From IMG/VR virus record IMGVR_UViG_3300027749_005140, positions 64,001-128,000 of that record: DNA of 64,000 nucleotides. One strand, given 5' to 3'. Positions within the stretch are counted from its first letter, which is position 1. Every line of letters starts with the position of its first letter. This document shows, one piece after another, positions 1 to 7,933 of the stretch. The stretch is from a virus. Taxonomy: Duplodnaviria > Heunggongvirae > Uroviricota > Caudoviricetes. The notes under the pieces were generated by a model that worked only from the letters and a program-made list of their open reading frames with translations, searched no databases and was not told where the DNA came from. The translations under genes and the position numbers were made by a program.

Positions 1-904
1 ATTTATATGGATTACCATGCCAAAAATCACCATTAAATTCATATATAGTATTTGTTTTAGGTTCATAACCATCAACAATATACTTATCAATTCTAACCTG
101 TCTTTCTTTGATACCTAGTCTATCTAACCAATTATTCTCCATCATCCCAAACTTTAAACCACATTTAGGACAACCTCTTCCTAATAAATGTTTATTAGGA
201 CTTTGTAAAAAATCACCGTGTGTTTTACAAGTTATTATAACTTTTTTACTACTATTTATATAATCTACCTTTGAGTAGTCATACCTATTATTATGAATAT
301 CACTTGCACCTTCTATAAAATCAAAATTACTTTTTTTATTAAGACCTACACATTTTGAGCAACCATGTCCTTTTAAATGTGAACCTACTCTCTGAGTAAA
401 ATCACCGTGGTCATTACAAAATATACTAATAGAATCCATTATTTTTAAAAAACTATTATCTTTTTTATAAATGTATTTATTATTATGAACTATATTAGAT
501 TTTATTATAAAATCATCATTTGTAATAGACTTAGATTCTTGTACACAAGAAGGACAACCACTTCCACTTAAATGATTATTAGGTCTTTGTTTAAAATTAC
601 CATGAATTTTACAAATTATACTTATTTTATCTTTACTATTCACATATTTATCTAAGTAGATATATTTATTATTATGAACTTGATTGGCTTTTTTAATAAA
701 ATCATCATTTGTTAGTATATTAGATTCTTTTATACATTTAGGACAATTACTACCCTTCAAATGTATATCAGCCCTTTGAAAAAAAACTCCGTGTCTTTCA
801 CATAAAATTTCAACTTTATATTTACTACCACTATATTCACTCAAATAAACATATCTATCTTTATGTATATCTTTTACCTTTTTTAAAAAATCATTATTTG
901 TCAT
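1..904 (-). CDS. Partial (runs off the window edge) protein with four DUF723-like Zn-binding repeats and a C-terminal Vsr/DUF559-like endonuclease domain; probable free-standing homing endonuclease
   Basis: Not in the ORF track. Manual translation from ATG at 904: MTNNDFLKKVKDIHKDRYVY..., four repeats of C-x2-HG-x-F-x-Q-x4-HL-x-G-x2-C-x2-C, then ...VDGYEPKTNTIYEFNGDFWHGNPYK. TAATATATA motif just upstream (909-917). Confidence 0.75.
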   Translation of the reverse strand, partial: MTNNDFLKKVKDIHKDRYVYLSEYSGSKYKVEILCERHGVFFQRADIHLKGSNCPKCIKESNILTNDDFIKKANQVHNNKYIYLDKYVNSKDKISIICKIHGNFKQRPNNHLSGSGCPSCVQESKSITNDDFIIKSNIVHNNKYIYKKDNSFLKIMDSISIFCNDHGDFTQRVGSHLKGHGCSKCVGLNKKSNFDFIEGASDIHNNRYDYSKVDYINSSKKVIITCKTHGDFLQSPNKHLLGRGCPKCGLKFGMMENNWLDRLGIKERQVRIDKYIVDGYEPKTNTIYEFNGDFWHGNPYK

Positions 905-975
905 ATACTATATATTAAATTTCCATAGTGGAAATTTATATTTATTGATATATTTTGGTATTATTATAAAAAATA

Positions 976-1308
976 CTATCTAAGCCACCAATCACCACCT
1001 TTGATTTCTTCAAAATCTTTAACATCATATTTATACTTATAAACCCAACACTCAATATCTCTTGATGTGTTTATTTTAACTCTTATATACTCATCACCTT
1101 CAAACTCATCTAGTTCTGGAAATATTGATGGGTCTATAAGATATATATCACCTAAAACCTCTCCGGGTCCAATTACAAAACCAGGATAGAATTCATTTAC
1201 TCTATAAATTTTACCTTTAATTGTTGCTCTTCCAAAAAAAATAGGTTTCTTTAGTAAATTTTTTGCAGTATCTCTGAATTGACCATATACAAATAAATGT
1301 TCTTTCAT
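976..1308 (-). CDS. Gamma-glutamylcyclotransferase (AIG2-like) family protein
   Basis: LFVYG N-terminal motif, YPG, LDEFEG-x-EY-x-R, CWVY typical of the GGCT/AIG2 fold. Confidence 0.8.
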   Translation of the reverse strand: MKEHLFVYGQFRDTAKNLLKKPIFFGRATIKGKIYRVNEFYPGFVIGPGEVLGDIYLIDPSIFPELDEFEGDEYIRVKINTSRDIECWVYKYKYDVKDFEEIKGGDWWLR

Positions 1309-1311
1309 AAT

Positions 1312-1710
1312 TTAATAATAACCTTTCCCAATAACAGAGTGTCTAACACCACCTCTCGGGTTTTCTACATCACCAGTGTATCTCGGAATTAAATGACAAT
1401 GAAATTGCATTACAGTTTGTCCTGCAGATTCACCACAGTTCATTCCTATATTGTAACCATCTGGTTCATATTGTGATTCAACTATCTGTTTAGCTTTATC
1501 TAACATTTCAGATAGTTTATTCTTTTTAGATTGACTTAAATCAAAGTAAGTTTCTTCTGAACCGTTTGTTATAATAAGTATATGACCTGGACTTGTTGGA
1601 AATCCATCAAACATTATAAAGAAGTCACTATCTTGATATAAGATTTTATCATCTTCTATCATATGTCTTCCGAACTTAACATCTTCATTTAAACTTGTAA
1701 ACTTTCTCAT
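1312..1710 (-). CDS. HIT family nucleotide hydrolase with an N-terminal capsid-targeting-like peptide
   Basis: PTSPGHILII, DGYNIGMNCGESAGQTVMQFHCHLIPRY (histidine triad with first His replaced by Q), GDVENPRGGVR. Confidence 0.9.
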   Translation of the reverse strand: MRKFTSLNEDVKFGRHMIEDDKILYQDSDFFIMFDGFPTSPGHILIITNGSEETYFDLSQSKKNKLSEMLDKAKQIVESQYEPDGYNIGMNCGESAGQTVMQFHCHLIPRYTGDVENPRGGVRHSVIGKGYY

Positions 1711-1722
1711 GATGTATATATT

Positions 1723-3930
1723 TTATTCAAATAATGGAAACGAAGGTAAAACCAGACGAGTGTTCGCATTATCTGCAAAAACTAAATATTTAGAATCGTC
1801 TCTAATAATAGTTTGATTAAGTATTTTATCAAACGTAGATTCTGGTATAATGTCAGTAAATAATCTAAGATTAGTAGCTCTCATATCAGATCCTAATAAT
1901 TGAGGGTTAGTATTTTCAATAGTAAATTGAATAGGTGTCATATCTTGTTCATCAGAATAAACTTTTCTCAAGAAGTTACTAGTAAGTTTACCAGCATCCT
2001 CTTCAAAATCAACATTACGTTTATAAATAAATTGAGAGATCTTTCTATTTCTTTGATCAACATTTAATGTATAACAATACCAAACTTCTTCATCTAAGAT
2101 TAAATCAGAATTAGTAGTATAAGTATCACTATTCAAAGTAACCGTTATTACATCATTTACTAAGTTTACTTTCCAACCAATTAGATTGGCATCATCATAG
2201 AAGTTAAAGAAGTTATAAGTCTCACCATCTATATAATTATTGATATTAAACCAAATAGTAAATCCAATATTATCAGAAACTTTCAGAATAGGATCAGAGT
2301 TAAAGTAATTTACTGCTGGTATTCCTGCATCAACAGAATATAAGTCATAATTTGATTTAGATATTACAGTAGAAGCATTTTCAATTAGTTCTTTATTTAT
2401 ACTTGCTAAATATTCTAATCTAATTAAATCTTTAGTTAAAGGTCTTGTTTGAACTTTATTAGCTATTGCTCTCTTATCATCAGTATTCTCAACACCAAAT
2501 AATGAATCAATTGTAGTATTCTGTGTAAGCATATCCAATTTGTTTTGAATCTCTGTTGTACCAGCTTGTACATTTGCTTTTTGGTTGTATTTTTTCAGAA
2601 TCAATTTATAATAAACAGACGAGTTATTGAATCCTCTGAATTGTGATACGTGATCTACTTGAAACATTCTACTTAGTTGACAGAAAAACATAAAGTCTTC
2701 TTTACCTGGTCTTCTTTGAGCACCAAATACACTTTTAAACTGTTCTTTAGTAATATGTACTTCCATATTATCAAATAAACTTAAATCAAATTGATTCATT
2801 GTAATTTGTGAGTCTGGAAACTCATTATTATTTACCGACACTCTAACATCACCTTCACAAACAATATTATATAATTGATACTCATGCATTGAATAATCTT
2901 GTCCTTTTGCATCAGGGTCAGTTACAAAGTAAACAACTTGATGTCCAAACATCATTTGAGCATCAGTACTTAATTTATTTAAAAGGTTAAGTGCAGTACT
3001 TTGATTATAAGGATTATAAAGAAGTGCTTGTTGGTCTTTAGTCATTGGTGAAAAAATATTAGTAGAATCACAACTTCCTCCACTATTTGAGTTTAAATTA
3101 GTATTAGGTATAAAATTTCCATTAGCATCAAATGCCCCAGTTAAGTTAGACTGACAACATTCTCTCAATCCGTATAAATTACTTTTTTGATAATCTAAAG
3201 TAACATTTTGAAAATTACCAACTAGATTTATATCTTGTATTTTTACTGGAACACCAGATTTATTTTCTATTGAATATTCAACCTCAAAAAATCTCGTTGG
3301 TGTTAGTCTTTTAGTAGATACATTTTCTTTAGTTAGAAATTCCCAATCAGACCAAGTTCTTGAATTATCTTGAGAGTATCTCCATTTTAAATCTACCCCT
3401 TGTATACCAGTAGATGATATAACTTCAACATCTTCCAATTTAAAGACCTTATAAATAAAAGGTGGTTTAATTACTTGAATACCACCTGCCAATAATTGAA
3501 CTGCAGAACCATCATCGGTCATAGGTCTTTCAACTGAACACTCAATTGCATATTCTAATATTCTAATTGAACCAAGTGGATTTGTTCCTTTTCTAACCCA
3601 CTTTATATCTAGATATAATGGGTCTAAAGGATCGATTGGTGGAAAGTTATCAATATATTTTTTTAAGTCAAACCAAGTAGTCCATTTTTGACCATCTCTT
3701 GACAAACGATAATACTGTTGTAAATATCTGGTAGTAGATAAACCTAAAGTATCGTAAGTGAATTTGGTTATCTTACTAATATTTTGTAAATTTGTAAAAC
3801 TGATTATGTACTCTTCTTCTATATTATTAATATAGGGTGTTGCATCGGCGGCCGAAGCCGAGGCACTTATGTTAAATTTATCAGAAATAACAGTGGAACC
3901 ATTTAAAACATTTGTATCTATTGTAAACAT
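1723..3930 (-). CDS. Virion protein with a central T4 gp14-like neck/head-completion domain and extra N- and C-terminal (LamG-like) domains
   Basis: RRPGKEDFMFFCQLSRMFQVDHV...YYKLILKKY resembles the gp14 RP-x-EGD-L-I-Y-F...LFEI...Y-x-L pattern; C-terminal IGFTIWF...WYCYTLNVD is LamG-like; TAATATATA motif upstream. Confidence 0.55.
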   Translation of the reverse strand: MFTIDTNVLNGSTVISDKFNISASASAADATPYINNIEEEYIISFTNLQNISKITKFTYDTLGLSTTRYLQQYYRLSRDGQKWTTWFDLKKYIDNFPPIDPLDPLYLDIKWVRKGTNPLGSIRILEYAIECSVERPMTDDGSAVQLLAGGIQVIKPPFIYKVFKLEDVEVISSTGIQGVDLKWRYSQDNSRTWSDWEFLTKENVSTKRLTPTRFFEVEYSIENKSGVPVKIQDINLVGNFQNVTLDYQKSNLYGLRECCQSNLTGAFDANGNFIPNTNLNSNSGGSCDSTNIFSPMTKDQQALLYNPYNQSTALNLLNKLSTDAQMMFGHQVVYFVTDPDAKGQDYSMHEYQLYNIVCEGDVRVSVNNNEFPDSQITMNQFDLSLFDNMEVHITKEQFKSVFGAQRRPGKEDFMFFCQLSRMFQVDHVSQFRGFNNSSVYYKLILKKYNQKANVQAGTTEIQNKLDMLTQNTTIDSLFGVENTDDKRAIANKVQTRPLTKDLIRLEYLASINKELIENASTVISKSNYDLYSVDAGIPAVNYFNSDPILKVSDNIGFTIWFNINNYIDGETYNFFNFYDDANLIGWKVNLVNDVITVTLNSDTYTTNSDLILDEEVWYCYTLNVDQRNRKISQFIYKRNVDFEEDAGKLTSNFLRKVYSDEQDMTPIQFTIENTNPQLLGSDMRATNLRLFTDIIPESTFDKILNQTIIRDDSKYLVFADNANTRLVLPSFPLFE

Positions 3931-3986
3931 AATTTATATATTAAAAAAATAATTCTATAATCTTTTGTTATATTAAATAATATGTG

Positions 3987-3994
3987 TATATTTG
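3987..3994 (+). promoter_or_regulatory. Bacteroidota sigma70-type -7 element TAnnTTTG (representative; also 6920, 7101, 9372, 13282, 14220, 45217, 49231, 60831, 61882)
   Basis: TA-nn-TTTG recurs upstream of + strand starts, mostly 10-40 nt before them; matches the established Bacteroidetes primary-sigma consensus. Confidence 0.75.
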
Positions 3995-4030
3995 CATGTT
4001 ATTAATTATAATAATAATAAAATCGCTAAA

Positions 4031-5251
4031 ATGAATATAACAAAAAAATTCTTACAACTAACATCAAGAACTTATCCTCACGGTACTGAGCAAGAACTTT
4101 TTCACTTGTTACCGAAAAGTTTAAAAGAGGATGAATTTGGTAACTTATTTATTAAAATAGGTGAGAGCGATGTTATGTTTACTTCACACTTAGATACCGC
4201 AACTAAAGCAAATACAGAAGTCGTTCATATTTTTGACGGAGATATCATCAAAACTGATGGTAAATCTATCTTAGGTGCAGATGATAAAGCTGGTGTAACA
4301 ATTATGTTAAACATGATCGAAAAAAACATTCCAGGTTTATATTACTTTTTCTTAGGAGAAGAAGTAGGCTGTATTGGTTCAAGAAAAGTAGCAGACGTAC
4401 AAAAAGAAGAGAAAATTCCAGGTATCAACAAAGTAATCTCTTTTGACCGTAGAAGTACTGATTCTATTATTACATTTCAAAGTTCAAAAAGATGTTGTTC
4501 AGATACATTCGGTGATGCTCTTGCAAAAGCATTCAATGACGTTGAAGAAACATTCTCATATAAATTAGATAAAAATGGTGTTTTAACTGACTCTATACAA
4601 TTTATTAGTATTTATCCAGAGTGTACAAACATTTCTGTTGGTTATTACTCTGAACATACTTTCTCTGAAAGACAAGATATTGCTCACTTAACTAAATTAG
4701 CGGCAGCTTGTTTGAAAGTTGACTGGTCTGCATTACCTGTAGAAAGAGATCCATCTAAAGTTGAGTACGATTACTCTTGGGGTGCTTATGGTTACGGTGA
4801 TGATTGGGGTGCTTGGGGTGGTTCAAGATATGACACTGGTAACTATACCAATGCTTATGCTTCAACAAATGTTATGGATAACGATTACAGTTCTTCAAGA
4901 ACTAGACAACAAGGTGCTTACAGAGTTAAAACTGAGAAATCTTGGTTCTATGACGAATTGTTCCAATATCTATCTATGATTGAAACAAATGCTACAACTG
5001 GTAAAATAGTTAAAGTAGAATTGATCGAAGATAGAATTAAATATGAGTCTCAACTTATTACAAGATTGTTCAAAGATATTGAACTACACTATACTAAATT
5101 AGAATGGGATGGTTTCAAATGTACTGTATTCTATGAGTCAGAACACAGAACTGAATGTGATAGAAATGATTTGTTAGAGTACTTACCAGATTTAGATTAT
5201 CGTGGTTTAGAAATCTTAGGTGATTATGACGATAGTGTTTATATGTGTTAA
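4031..5251 (+). CDS. M28/M20-clan zinc peptidase
   Basis: FTSHLDT, GADDKAG, EEVG, SFDRR, TDS, NISVGYYSEHT. Start moved to ATG 4031, downstream of the TATATTTG promoter element. Confidence 0.8.
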   Translation: MNITKKFLQLTSRTYPHGTEQELFHLLPKSLKEDEFGNLFIKIGESDVMFTSHLDTATKANTEVVHIFDGDIIKTDGKSILGADDKAGVTIMLNMIEKNIPGLYYFFLGEEVGCIGSRKVADVQKEEKIPGINKVISFDRRSTDSIITFQSSKRCCSDTFGDALAKAFNDVEETFSYKLDKNGVLTDSIQFISIYPECTNISVGYYSEHTFSERQDIAHLTKLAAACLKVDWSALPVERDPSKVEYDYSWGAYGYGDDWGAWGGSRYDTGNYTNAYASTNVMDNDYSSSRTRQQGAYRVKTEKSWFYDELFQYLSMIETNATTGKIVKVELIEDRIKYESQLITRLFKDIELHYTKLEWDGFKCTVFYESEHRTECDRNDLLEYLPDLDYRGLEILGDYDDSVYMC

Positions 5252-5280
5252 AAAAAGTCGAGAGAAATCTCGACTTTTTT
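5251..5280 (+). terminator. Rho-independent terminator
   Basis: AAAAAAGTCGAGA-gaaa-TCTCGACTTTTTT directly after the peptidase stop. Confidence 0.85.
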
Positions 5281-5381
5281 ATTTTTATGATAATTTTAAT
5301 TTAATATATAATAAAAAATAAAAAAATCTCGACTTTTTTATTTTTATGATAATTATAATTTAATATATAATAAAAAATAAA
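5265..5381 (+). repeat. 58-bp tandem duplication (period 59) containing half a terminator and a TAATATATA motif
   Basis: aaatctcgacttttttatttttatgataatt(t/a)taatttaatatataataaaaaataaa at 5265 and 5324, one mismatch. Confidence 0.9.
5302..5310 (+). promoter_or_regulatory. Candidate phage late promoter TAATATATA (representative; + at 5361, 7183, 7905; - at 909, 3935, 18197, 37478, 41742, 42903, 45196, 54676, 60723)
   Basis: Exact 9-mer in intergenic positions shortly upstream of structural and capsid-targeted genes; analogous to the T4 late promoter TATAAATA. Confidence 0.6.
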
Positions 5382-5389
5382 CAATTAAA

Positions 5390-6658
5390 ATGTCTATATC
5401 TATTTTTGATAAAAACTCTTGGGCTAATTTACTTCCGAAGGAACTAACAGTAGTTACAAATAATGGTAAATTTACTTTAAAACTACCTGAACAAAATGGT
5501 AGCGAAAACATGGTAGTACCAGATTCTGGACCATCAACTGCAGTAACTGTTATTGCAGATCAAATACAAATCAATTATTCACAAAATACAATGGAAGAAT
5601 TCGGTGGTAGTCCAACAAAAGATGGTGAACCAGATACATTAGAGTTTGATATACATACTGTTAAAACTAATGATGGTACACAAGCTAATCCAGATAATCT
5701 GAAATTAAATGTAAATATAACTTATGGTGATGCACCAGTTTCTAAGTTTACAATATCAATGCCAGGTGAAACTGAGGTCGTTCATTATCAAGGATTTGGT
5801 TCTAAGTATGATCCTAATACTTCCTTTGGTTTTGAGGATGAATCTTTACAAGCACTTATTGACTTTTTTAATAGATTCGGGTTTAAATTAGATAAAGATG
5901 ATTTTACATTTCTTGATAAGAATCCTGATAGTTATACTTATACAGAAGCAGTTAAAATAATGCCAAGTTTTAATGGTGATGTTGTTTTAGTTATTAATAA
6001 TAGTAAACCACAAGAAAATAGATTTTTAACAAATGTTTTAAACTATTTAAAAATGAGAGGAGTTGATCATGTTGTTGCATCTAATCCAGAGGAAGTTAAA
6101 AAGAATAATACTGATAAAGTAATTGGTGCAATTTCAACCGGTTCTCAATATAGATTATCTAACCCAGAAACTGATAATGAATGTGCTGCAAGTACAGAAG
6201 CTTTAAATACATTGAAATGTCCGGTATTAGGTATGTGTTATGGAATGCAGCATATGGGTACTGAGAATGGAGCTAATTTAGCTACTTTAGATAAAACTTA
6301 TAATGATAAATCAATACTAAGTGAATATGATAAACAACATCCTTTATTTAATGGTTTAGATTTATCGGATACTCAAGCAAGCTTTGATTTTAATGATTAT
6401 CTTGAAAATTGTCCACAAGGATTTAAAACAATTGCTAAATTAGATGATAAAATAGCAGGTATCTCAAATGATGAAAAGAAACACTTTGGATTACTTTTTC
6501 ATCCAGAAGATATAGAAGACACATATGGTATATTAGATAACTTTATTGGAATGTGTCAACAAGGTCAAAATAAAAATGACGAACAAGTTATAGACCAATC
6601 TAAGAATGATATGAAATACATACAAACTTACGAAAGTTTTAGAAAAAAAAGAAAATAA
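5390..6658 (+). CDS. Unknown N-terminal domain fused to a class I glutamine amidotransferase-like domain
   Basis: PVLGMCYGMQ nucleophile elbow and FHPE complete the Cys-His-Glu triad; C-terminus ends MKYIQTYESFRKKRK. Confidence 0.7.
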   Translation: MSISIFDKNSWANLLPKELTVVTNNGKFTLKLPEQNGSENMVVPDSGPSTAVTVIADQIQINYSQNTMEEFGGSPTKDGEPDTLEFDIHTVKTNDGTQANPDNLKLNVNITYGDAPVSKFTISMPGETEVVHYQGFGSKYDPNTSFGFEDESLQALIDFFNRFGFKLDKDDFTFLDKNPDSYTYTEAVKIMPSFNGDVVLVINNSKPQENRFLTNVLNYLKMRGVDHVVASNPEEVKKNNTDKVIGAISTGSQYRLSNPETDNECAASTEALNTLKCPVLGMCYGMQHMGTENGANLATLDKTYNDKSILSEYDKQHPLFNGLDLSDTQASFDFNDYLENCPQGFKTIAKLDDKIAGISNDEKKHFGLLFHPEDIEDTYGILDNFIGMCQQGQNKNDEQVIDQSKNDMKYIQTYESFRKKRK

Positions 6659-6664
6659 ATAACT

Positions 6665-6910
6665 ATGAGTACAACTCCACAAATTCCACAAATTGAGATA
6701 ACAGAAGATCAAACTCAACGTTCAATTTCAGCTGCATTTGATTCAGTAAACTTAATCAATGAATTAAAATCAAAACCTTCCTTAACAGAAGAAGAACAAA
6801 CTAGAGTAGACAGAAACAAGGAACACTTAACAATAATGTTAGCTAAAGATTGGTTTGAAGCTGGTTTAACAGAACAACAAAAAACTGACATAAATACTTG
6901 TTTAGTTTAA
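6665..6910 (+). CDS. Hypothetical protein (81 aa)
   Basis: ORF with plausible start directly after the GATase gene. Confidence 0.6.
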   Translation: MSTTPQIPQIEITEDQTQRSISAAFDSVNLINELKSKPSLTEEEQTRVDRNKEHLTIMLAKDWFEAGLTEQQKTDINTCLV

Positions 6911-6944
6911 AATAAGTTGTATCTTTGTCAAAATAATAGAAACA

Positions 6945-7070
6945 ATGGCTGGTAAAAAAGGGCAGTTTGCCGTTTGTAAAGAATGGGCTAAACACTTGAG
7001 AAAGAAATACAAAAGAATCTTTTGGAGCTCAGAAAGAGCACTTTCTAAAAAAGAAATTAAAAAAATCTAA
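6945..7070 (+). CDS. Small basic protein (41 aa), not in ORF track
   Basis: MAGKKGQFAVCKEWAKHLRKKYKRIFWSSERALSKKEIKKI; TATCTTTG element at 6920-6927 and A-rich 5' region. Confidence 0.6.
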   Translation: MAGKKGQFAVCKEWAKHLRKKYKRIFWSSERALSKKEIKKI

Positions 7071-7196
7071 TAAAAATTAGGTGAATTGAAAACTTTATAT
7101 TACTTTTGTACTATATAAAAATATAGATACTTAAAAAGTATAGTATAAAATCAAAGAAAAACAAAAAGGAACAATAAAAGTTTAATATATAGTATT

Positions 7197-7295
7197 ATGA
7201 AAAATGTAAATAAAAATATAGTAGTTATGCCGCAGCCGATGCAGGATCAGGATCGTTTCACGAACCAGACTAACTATGTATTTATATCACATTAA
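7197..7295 (+). CDS. Putative attenuator leader peptide (32 aa) of the tRNA cluster
   Basis: MKNVNKNIVVMPQPMQDQDRFTNQTNYVFISH; GC-rich codon block ATG CCG CAG CCG ATG CAG GAT CAG GAT at 7227-7253; followed by a terminator and then the tRNAs. Confidence 0.6.
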   Translation: MKNVNKNIVVMPQPMQDQDRFTNQTNYVFISH

Positions 7296-7318
7296 GAAAT
7301 TACGTGTATAAAAATTAC

Positions 7319-7352
7319 AAATCCGTTAGTCTTTGAGACTAACGGATTTTTT
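7319..7352 (+). terminator. Rho-independent terminator between the leader ORF and the first tRNA (attenuator)
   Basis: AAATCCGTTAGTC-tttga-GACTAACGGATTTTTT; AGACTAAC at 7267-7274 is complementary to its 5' arm (7325-7332). Confidence 0.8.
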
Positions 7353-7371
7353 ATGGAATAAAATTAAATAT

Positions 7372-7444
7372 TGGAGGTATCGTATAATGGTAATTATCCA
7401 GGGTGTTGGCCCCTGTGATTTGGGTTCGAATCCTAATACTCTAA
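7372..7444 (+). tRNA. Atypical tRNA-Gln-like (anticodon loop TGTTGGC, TTG with G33; bulged acceptor stem); possibly a pseudogene
   Basis: Body closely resembles the tRNA-Gln at 7641; anticodon stem CAGGG/CCCTG; T-arm TTGGG-TTCGAAT-CCTAA; extra G in TGGAGGTA/TACTCTA. Confidence 0.55.
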
Positions 7445-7450
7445 CAAAAA

Positions 7451-7536
7451 CTAGGCATTGGGCAGAGGCTATACCCACCTGATTTGGGATCAGGATTCTT
7501 AACAGATAATCGTCAGTTCGAATCTGACTGCTTAGA
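7451..7536 (+). tRNA. tRNA-Pro(TGG) with a long variable arm
   Basis: CTAGGCA/TGCTTAG acceptor; CCTGA-TTTGGGA-TCAGG; 17-nt variable region; GTCAG-TTCGAAT-CTGAC; C1 and A73. Confidence 0.75.
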
Positions 7537-7543
7537 CAAAAAT

Positions 7544-7632
7544 AGTCGTGTGGTGGCAAAGGTTGCCGACCTGCCTGTCACGCAGGGTTGTCTTCGGACA
7601 TTTGTATGCCGGTTCGAGTCCGGTCACGACTG
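7544..7632 (+). tRNA. tRNA-Asp(GTC) with a long variable arm
   Basis: AGTCGTG/CACGACT, G73; CCTGC-CTGTCAC-GCAGG; variable arm contains TGTC-TTCG-GACA; GCCGG-TTCGAGT-CCGGT. Confidence 0.8.
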
Positions 7633-7640
7633 CAATATAC

Positions 7641-7713
7641 TGGAGTATCGTATAATGGCTAATTACCTCGCACTTTGACTGCGATAATATAGGTTCGATT
7701 CCTATTACTCCAA
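7641..7713 (+). tRNA. tRNA-Gln(TTG)
   Basis: TGGAGTA/TACTCCA; TCGCA-CTTTGAC-TGCGA; ATAGG-TTCGATT-CCTAT. Confidence 0.9.
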
Positions 7714-7718
7714 CAACA

Positions 7719-7793
7719 CGCGTAACGATCCACAGAGAGAGGTTACCCGACTTGGTATCGGGGTTATTGTCAGTTCGAGTCTGACTTACGCGA
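7719..7793 (+). tRNA. tRNA-Pro(TGG) (T37, C8 atypical)
   Basis: CGCGTAA/TTACGCG, A73; CCCGA-CTTGGTA-TCGGG; GTCAG-TTCGAGT-CTGAC. Confidence 0.8.
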
Positions 7794-7799
7794 CGAAAT

Positions 7800-7871
7800 A
7801 GTGCTGTAGCTCAGTGGAAGAGTGTCTGGTTGTCGCCCAGAAGGTCGCGGGTTCAATCCCCGTCAGTACTG
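7800..7871 (+). tRNA. tRNA-Asp(GTC) (G37)
   Basis: AGTGCTG/CAGTACT, G73; GCTC-AGTGGAA-GAGT; TCTGG-TTGTCGC-CCAGA; GCGGG-TTCAATC-CCCGT. Confidence 0.85.
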
Positions 7872-7875
7872 CAAT

Positions 7876-7895
7876 TTCGATTCCGATAGGGACCG
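7876..7895 (+). pseudogene. Orphan 3' fragment of a tRNA (T-loop, T-stem 3' strand, acceptor 3' strand, G discriminator)
   Basis: TTCGATT-CCGAT-AGGGACC-G with no matching 5' half, immediately before the endonuclease promoter. Confidence 0.45.
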
Positions 7896-7933
7896 ATAAT
7901 TATTTAATATATATAATAAAATAATTATTTATT

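Noticed and set aside
7326-7678. ORFs 7326..7559 (-) and 7484..7678 (+)
   Set aside because: They overlap well-formed tRNA genes and have no protein-like features
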